A stretch of 64,000 nucleotides of DNA from Schmidtea nova (taxonomy: Eukaryota). A program made the position numbers and the translations under genes. Below the pieces are notes generated by a model. That model did not search any database. It saw only the letters and a program-made list of their open reading frames with translations, and was not told the DNA's origin. The stretch is taken from contig CM097882.1 in the NCBI GenBank assembly GCA_044892505.1, forward strand, positions 543,430,001 to 543,494,000, in the 5' to 3' direction. Shown piece by piece: positions 56,646 through 64,000 of this stretch (its first letter is position 1; every line of letters starts with the position of its first letter).

Positions 56646-57601
56646 CTAAAATAAAAGAACATTAGACGATATAATGGAGTGCGATAATAACACATTAAAA
56701 CTATTTAATTTAATATATTCAATATATTCGTTATAGTTTTACACTTTAAGATCTAGATAAGTGTTTCTCAATCAAGGTTGAGCGGTGATAATTTGTAGTC
56801 TATTCAATCATTTCCGCGTTAACATTTGCTGTTAAAATTAAATTAATCAATTTTATGTAAATACTAGATGTATTCCCATGCCTCGCTATGGTTATAATTT
56901 TCTAATTAATTAATGTTTTAATAAATTACTAAGTTTCATTTTTCACATTATTTATAATTAGCATAATATTAATAGTTACAATATAAAAAGTTTACAAAAT
57001 AAGATTGCCGTTTTTGAGGTTTAATATTGTGTAGCAATACTATTGAATCTCCCTGTTTGAAAAAAAGTCTCGAATAATTTAGGTGAAGGGTATACAAAAA
57101 CTCAACTGGGTAGCGAATCGTATTCTCCCTCATATACTTCAATGATTCATATGTTACTACTCTTCAGATGCTAACTTCATTAATAATTAATTGTTCATAA
57201 CTATTTCCATGTCATTTGTAGAGGTTGAAATCTCCTTACCATTCAACAATGAAGATTCTTTAATGCTCAAGTTCTTAATTCCGGGTCCATTCTCTCAGTT
57301 TTAATATTGAAATATCTAATTAGTATCTAATTAAATCTAATTATTGAAATATCTAATAGCTTTTTCGTAAAATTAATTTTCCCGTCCTCTTCTTTAACTT
57401 ACCCATTTCCATCAAGAAAAGTAGCAAAAATCGATCTAATCACACTGAGTCGATATATGTGTTAGTATTACTTATTCTGCGTGTTTCAGAGAATTTAAGA
57501 ATAAGATTCTTAAGCATGTAGACAAGGATCAATTTAGGGTTGTTTCCCCATCATGCAAAGTTAGCAGTATATTCACTAATAAATGTCCAGCGCCACTTAG
57601 T

Positions 57602-57910
57602 TTGTGTTCTGAGCTTGTGTATGAATTTACATGTAATGGGTGCAATGCTACATACATTGGAGAGACTGCTCGCCATCTCTGCACCCGAGTTCTTGAGCAT
57701 TGCCCACTAAAAGGACTGACGAATATTAGTGATCATTTTAGGAAATGTATCAGTAATAATATAGGTATCTCTGATTTTAAAATTATTTCAAAAGGTTTAA
57801 GTAATTATTGGGAACGAGTAACTTGTGAGGCATTGTTGATTAGATATTTAAATCTAAAAATTAATGCTCAAGTTGCACGTTCCACGGATATTTTAAATGT
57901 GTTTAAGTAA
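57602..57910 (+). pseudogene. Penelope-like GIY-YIG endonuclease remnant
   Basis: LVYEFTCNGCNATYIGETARHLCTRVLEH...H...C....DFKII...ER..CEALLI.....IN.Q. Confidence 0.88.
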
Positions 57911-58443
57911 CTGGATGTTGTATGTTGCGAATTGTGTTTGTAGTATAATTATGTTTGTTTTTGTGAATATTTTCATTTTTTAAAAATATTTTTAAATTGT
58001 ATGTTGAATTTTATATAAAAAATTATGCTTGTTTATTAGTTAATTTTTTAAAATTTTATGTAAAATTAAATTAAAATTTTATTTTAAAAATAAAATTTTG
58101 ATACAGTTTGAGAATGATTATTATTAATTAATTGGTTTAGATATTGCATATTTTCTATTTATTATTATTGATTATCCTGATTGCTGCTTGAAGAAGACTG
58201 TTATACAATCGAAATATATAGCGTTTATGTTGAATTTACCTAGTTGGCGTTTTTCTATAACTATTNNNNNNNNNNNNNNNNNNNNNNNNNNNNNNNNNNN
58301 NNNNNNNNNNNNNNNNNNNNNNNNNNNNNNNNNNNNNNNNNNNNNNNNNNNNNNNNNNNNNNNNNNNNNNNNNNNNNNNNNNNNNNNNNNNNNNNNNNNN
58401 NNNNNNNNNNNNNNNNNNNNNNNNNNNNNNNNNNNNNNNNNNA

Positions 58444-58484
58444 GCACCTGATGAAGAGAATTAAGTTCTCGAAATATATTGTGC
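58444..58484 (+). ncRNA. Minimal type-I hammerhead ribozyme motif of Penelope terminus
   Basis: GCAC-CTGATGA-A-GAGAA(TTAAG)TTCTC-GAA-ATATAT(palindromic helix III)-T-GTGC. A degenerate sister copy lies at 58186-58222. Confidence 0.7.
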
Positions 58485-58641
58485 AAAATATATATTTGGA
58501 TTGGCGTTTGTTGTTAATAATAATAATAATAATTATTATTATTATTTATTTTTATTTTAAAATTCGTATGTTATGCAAACTGTGAAAGCATATCAATGTG
58601 ATTACAATAACGAAATGCTTGTTGAATTCATTTACACTCAC

Positions 58642-58744
58642 ATGTTTTGAATCATCAGTAGACGTTGAGATAGGCGATGATTCAAATGTTTGATGTGATT
58701 CTTCAGGTTGAGCGGTATTTGAACAACTGATGGAATCTGGCACA
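58642..58744 (-). CDS. Internal exon of unidentified host gene
   Basis: tatttaag acceptor, gtgagt donor. Phase-compatible with 60503-60633 (CT+T = Leu), reads VPDSISCSNTAQPEESHQTFESSPISTSTDDSKH, ends phase 0. Confidence 0.6.
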
Positions 58745-60502
58745 CTTAAATATAAAATAGTTTTAATTTCATTTAATATAATAATTGACAATAGAAAATT
58801 TCTCACGACAACAATGAAAAATAGTATTAAAATTATTAATTATTAATTAATTTCAATAGCTTTCATTTAATTTTTGACTAAAGATCAATGTTTTATAGTT
58901 TTACACAAACTTTTGAAATTTTAAATTAAAAGAATCAATGGTATTGAAAAAATGATGCCTTCGATACTGCGGCTGGGATACCAACAACGAAAGCCACGAA
59001 GATTCCTTCATCGAATATTCTCCATAACCCTAAACCATAATCGAAAATTTTCAAATTATTTAATACTCATTTGAAGCTGCTACAAAGAAACCACCATTTT
59101 ATAAATCAATAAAAGTCAAACTAATTTAAATTAGTATCTTCAATCAAACTAGTATTTTCAAGACAAATATTTAAAATGACAAAAAATCCCCACATTCACA
59201 AAAAATAAAGAAATAAAAAATCAATTTATTCATAACTATTAGATTATTCACTAAAATCATCAAAATTTTAAACGCTAACTTGGTTGCCTTAAGAAACTTT
59301 TGAACAAGACTATTATTTGTTTGGTTTCTTAAATTTAGAACATCCATAATTTCAAAAAAACTATATTTTTAACACAATACAAATTTCAAACATTACTCAA
59401 ACAATTTCCGTTTTATATTTGCGAATATTTTAGCAAGCATGAGTAACCGAATAGGGAATTTTCATATATAAACATCCAATAAATATTTTATATTTTTAAT
59501 TCCCAATCATTCTAAAATGAAATTTACAGTCAAGCCAATTAATAAGTTTAAATTTAATTTATTAAGTTAATTTATAATTTTATTATAGTTTTTAAATCCA
59601 TTTAAACCTGAAAATAATATACTATTTCTATTTTAATTATTTTCAAAGGATAAATTAGATACCTACATTTCTATATTTAATAAGAGCTTATTCCAAAATT
59701 TCTATTTGCAAATTTATTCTGTTAAAAAAGAACATTTTACAGTCTAAATAAAAAGATCAAAAAACAGATAGCTCAAATTTAAATTCACAAAACATTGCAA
59801 CACTTGTACAAAAAAACTAAAACTTTATCCACTGAAAATTGACTGAAAATTCTTTTGCAGACTTGCATTTATTGTAGGAAAGTTAATTTGTTAATAATTC
59901 CTATAGCGTGTGACGATAAAAAAGTGTTTAATAAAAGTTTAGTTTTTTTTCTAAATCAACCGACCATTTATATTTTGATATTATTGACCTTAACAAATTT
60001 TACTCATTCAAAAAGAGAATATTAAAATAAAAATTTTCNNNNNNNNNNNNNNNNNNNNNNNNNNNNNNNNNNNNNNNNNNNNNNNNNNNNNNNNNNNNNN
60101 NNNNNNNNNNNNNNNNNNNNNNNNNNNNNNNNNNNNNNNNNNNNNNNNNNNNNNNNNNNNNNNNNNNNNNNNNNNNNNNNNNNNNNNNNNNNNNNNNNNN
60201 NNNNNNNNNNNNNNNNNNNNNNNNNNNNNNNNNNNNNNNNNNNNNNNNNNNNNNNNNNNNNNNNNNNNNNTGTTTGCCTAACGCATTTCCTTGCAGAGAC
60301 AATTTTAATAAAATCGTGTTTCTGCAGATTTATCTAATAAAATGACATGAAATATAATAAACACTTGAAATTATTATAAATAATTTTCATATGATTTTTA
60401 AAAATAAATTTCATTAAATCATGATTTATTAATATTTTTAAATAACTATAAGTCTTACAATAATAATTAATAATAAGAATGAATCAACAGATAAAATCTT
60501 AC

Positions 60503-60633
60503 AGTGTTTTTCTTTCATCGAGAGAATATGTAAATTTATTCTTAGATGAAGCTGACTTAGTTGAATAGTCACCAATGGAATCCTCGTGTAAATCGTCCTG
60601 CTCAATTGGACTTAAAGAAATCGAAGGAATAAT
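60503..60633 (-). CDS. Internal exon of unidentified host gene
   Basis: ttttcag acceptor, gtaaga donor, open frame IIPSISLSPIEQDDLHEDSIGDYSTKSASSKNKFTYSLDERKT, ends phase 2. Confidence 0.6.
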
Positions 60634-61819
60634 CTGAAAATTGACAAATTATTTGAATATGATCAATAGATGATTTGGTGAAAAATGATTTTAATTTTAA
60701 ATAATTGTTTAGGAATTAAGCAGTCACTGGGTTTGAAAAGCTAACGAGAAAAGGTCAAAAGTAAAATAAAAGTTTCACTTTATAAAACTTCCAAAAGAAA
60801 GTCAAATTTAATCAAATATCAATGTAAATAATAAAAAACAATTATTGATTAAAAAGATCAATTAAATACACTTAATTTTAAATTCATAAAATGATAATAA
60901 AAATTTAATAATTTTTTTTAAATTAAAAATAATATATAAACTACTTATGATCATTTATAAATTACTTATAAAATTGGTTAACTGACACTTAATAAAAGCT
61001 ACGCGGGAAATTTGACTTTATTTTAAATCAAAGTATCAAATAATGACCACTGAAATATATATTTTATGTCACACTTAGAATATTGATAATTATTATATTC
61101 TAATACAAAATTTTCTATTCCAAAAGTAAAAATAAATGGTAAACAATAACTATTGTTTAAAATGAAAAAAATCTAGATAGGATAACATTTTATTTTTATT
61201 ATATTTACAGTATTTATTTTAACAACAAATATTGTTAAAAATATATTTTTCATTTAGATTTATTTTTATTATATTTATAATTCTAATCTAGTAAACTGGG
61301 AAAAGTAGTAAAATGCAGACTTCTTAATGTTGAGATCAGTAAGAAAAAAATTGGAAGATTTTATTAATAGATCTGTTTAGACAACCGGTTTTATCAAGAT
61401 GGTTCAATGATAAATAGACAGTAGTACTACATTACCCTTTTAGACAAATTAAATGAAAAAAATCGTGAAAAAAGACATGAATTAGCAATTAAAAATAAAT
61501 TACCATAACTATAACGCACAAGATTTTACACTATGGAAAAATTGTCAGATTTTGAAGTACGATATGCTTATTTACTTTTGACAAGAACTATTATTAATCA
61601 TATATTTACAGATTAACAGCACTATCCAACTATTCATCAAATCATTGACAAAATTAACATATTTGTACTCATGACAGTAATTGTTTAAATTTATTTAATA
61701 AAATGTGTCCCTTTTCTAGTGAATTTATTTTTATTTATATTTTTACAATGAACTTTTATATAATATACTACTTACAGCTACAATCATAATAAAAATATTA
61801 AATAGTTTTAAAAGATAAT

Positions 61820-61830
61820 CAATAATAATA

Positions 61831-61885
<55 letters not shown>
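61820..61885. repeat. (AAT)n microsatellite
   Basis: Long AAT run. Confidence 0.9.
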
Positions 61886-61889
<4 letters not shown>

Positions 61890-62701
61890 TAAAAATGAAA
61901 TATAAGTAAATAAACTAAATAAATAAATAATACTAATAAATAATATTAATACTAATACAAATAAATAATTAGCGTATTGTAAATAATTTTAAAAAAATTA
62001 ATAAGTTAGAAATATACAAAAAATAAAAATAATTAAATAAACAAACATAATTCAAGCTCCAATTAAACTTTATTTAAATAAAACAAATCTATGTGTATTT
62101 TGTTGAATAGTAAATGGTTAGCAAAAAGTATTGCAGCGGGAAAATAAATCACTACTTTGTATCAATAATAAATCATTCAACTAAAATTCTTTTTAAATGC
62201 TATTAAATCATGTACCAATACAGATATTTTATCTGAAAGTTTTAATTAAATCAGCCTCTAAGATTTGTATCAGAATTTTGAAAAAAAAATATTATTTGAT
62301 GGATTTTTTTTCACACCACAGTATACTGAGTTCATAAAAATCAATAAATTTCAACTAGTTTATTATTAATTGAAAATTAATATTATTAAGAAAATAAAAA
62401 AAAACAAATAATAAAACAAACCATTAGAGAAGAATTTGACTGCGGTTTTGCATTGTCATCTTTGTAACTCGTAATAGTAGTCAACTGAAAATAATTCACT
62501 TTCCATNNNNNNNNNNNNNNNNNNNNNNNNNNNNNNNNNNNNNNNNNNNNNNNNNNNNNNNNNNNNNNNNNNNNNNNNNNNNNNNNNNNNNNNNNNNNNN
62601 NNNNNNNNNNNNNNNNNNNNNNNNNNNNNNNNNNNNNNNNNNNNNNNNNNNNNNNNNNNNNNNNNGATGACTAAAGATCAAAATTTTTTTTATAAACAAT
62701 A

Positions 62702-62734
62702 ACACAATATTTCGGCACGGCCTTTATCAAGTGT
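62702..62734 (-). ncRNA. Hammerhead-like motif with U3-A8 core variant
   Basis: Minus strand ACAC-TTGATAA-A-GGC(CGT)GCC-GAA-ATAT-T-GTGT. This is the best-paired copy of the fold-back family. Confidence 0.55.
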
Positions 62735-62824
62735 GTATTTGAAATTTTGATCTATAGTCATCATTATGGGAATTATTGATAATAATAATAAAAAAAGATC
62801 AAAGGTGAAAAAAGATAATTATGA

Positions 62825-62856
<32 letters not shown>

Positions 62857-63239
62857 GATATTAAATATGACAAAACTTCAGAATAAATATTGATATTTGA
62901 TTACGGTTTAAGAAACACAATAGAAGATTAATCCATAATTTAATTTAATTAATATTATATCATTTATTAAATTAGTCAAGTATATTAATTAACACCTTTA
63001 TTGCCCTAGAATAACACGTAATTCCTGATAATTATTAATTTTTACGACCATAATATCTATCTGACTCATTAGTCAGTTCAAATATAGACGTAAATATCAG
63101 AATAAATATGAAAAAATACTCTAAAATAGTTGCAGGGCGTCAGCAAATTATGTTTTAACATTGAATATGTTAAATTAAATAGTTTATTTAACTAGATCCC
63201 TACAGTAAACATTATATTTGATTTTAGATTCAGTTATGC

Positions 63240-63560
63240 GAAGAATCATATTCTAAAATCTAGATGAAAACGGCAATATTAAAATACTAGTGTATTCAAA
63301 ATAATTGCAGCATAGATGTTGCAAAAGAAGATCAGATATTTCCAACACTAAATTGGTCTTCGTGATTACCTGATCTAAATATTATGAAAAATGTATGTAA
63401 CATTATTTCTAACCAAATTTATGTTATGGGACACAATAAAATTAAATAGACTTAGAAACAAATAATCAAGCGTCTAGAATGTAAATAAACACGAGCATGT
63501 AAAATGTTTCCTAGGAATTTTATAATGACTTCAGAACAAGTTAAATTGAAACATTGAAAT
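63240..63560 (+). pseudogene. Tc1-like transposase C-terminal remnant
   Basis: LNWSS*LPDLNIMKNV resembles WPxxSPDLNPIEN. Confidence 0.45.
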
Positions 63561-63807
63561 AGAAGGGAAACTCATAAAACCGACGTTTTAAAAATATCAA
63601 GTATGAATGTATAAAAAGAATTCGCCTTTTAAGTCTCATAAATAATTTATCTGTTTCAAAATAAGTTATTAAAATTTTTTAATAAATACTTTGTTGAAGC
63701 ATAGTTTGATAAAATGTGTAATTTATATAAATTACACAAATGTAAAATAGTTATTTTTACACAAATGTAAAATATTTATATCAATAATTTTCATAATTGT
63801 ATGATTT

Positions 63808-63966
63808 GATCAAAAAAATTTTTATTTTGGTCTTTGGTTGTTAAGTTCACAATATTTCGGCACAGCCTTTAATAATGTGTGTATTGGTGATGGTTGATAA
63901 AGACTATGCCGAAATATCGTTTACTTAACTACCAAAAACCAAAATAAATTTTTTTGATCTATAGTC
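63808..63966. mobile_element. Fold-back hammerhead-like element, same family
   Basis: Inverted arms with TTGATAA-A..GCC-GAAATAT-C at 63894-63918, ending GATCTATAGTC. Confidence 0.55.
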
Positions 63967-64000
63967 ATACAATTATGAAAATTATTGATATAAATCAAAA

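Overview
AT-rich eukaryotic (animal-like, possibly flatworm; this is inferred and not verifiable here) genomic DNA with six N-gaps. The first 28.6 kb is one giant, apparently very young Ty3/Gypsy-type LTR retroelement on the minus strand. It has near-identical LTRs of at least 4.2-4.4 kb (1-4171 and about 24134-28558) and a single 4930-codon ORF, probably about 5016 aa if two predicted short introns are spliced. Domain order: Gag capsid, 3 CCHC knuckles, BH3-like motif, ubiquitin-like domains, TRAF-type MATH, AT-hook, Bcl-2-like domain, internal signal peptide plus chuvirus/Monjiviricetes-like fusion glycoprotein with TM anchor, protease, RT, RNase H, integrase, ankyrin repeats, a second internal signal peptide, four Cys-containing FN3-like repeats, TM, and a tail ending in a PDZ-type motif. 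A separate IAP-type RING ORF and a 50-bp tandem array lie in the 5' leader. This reads as an enveloped retroelement carrying apoptosis/TRAF/ubiquitin modulators. From memory it resembles the giant 'Burro' elements reported in Schmidtea mediterranea, so novelty must be checked domain by domain. The remaining 35 kb is mostly transposon debris: three solo LTRs with 4-bp TSDs, hAT, mariner/Tc1, pogo and piggyBac relics, and Penelope GIY-YIG fragments with hammerhead-like motifs including U3-A8 variants. It also holds an orphan 230-aa ORF and three phase-compatible exons of an unidentified minus-strand host gene. Domain calls come from motif recognition by eye, with no database search.
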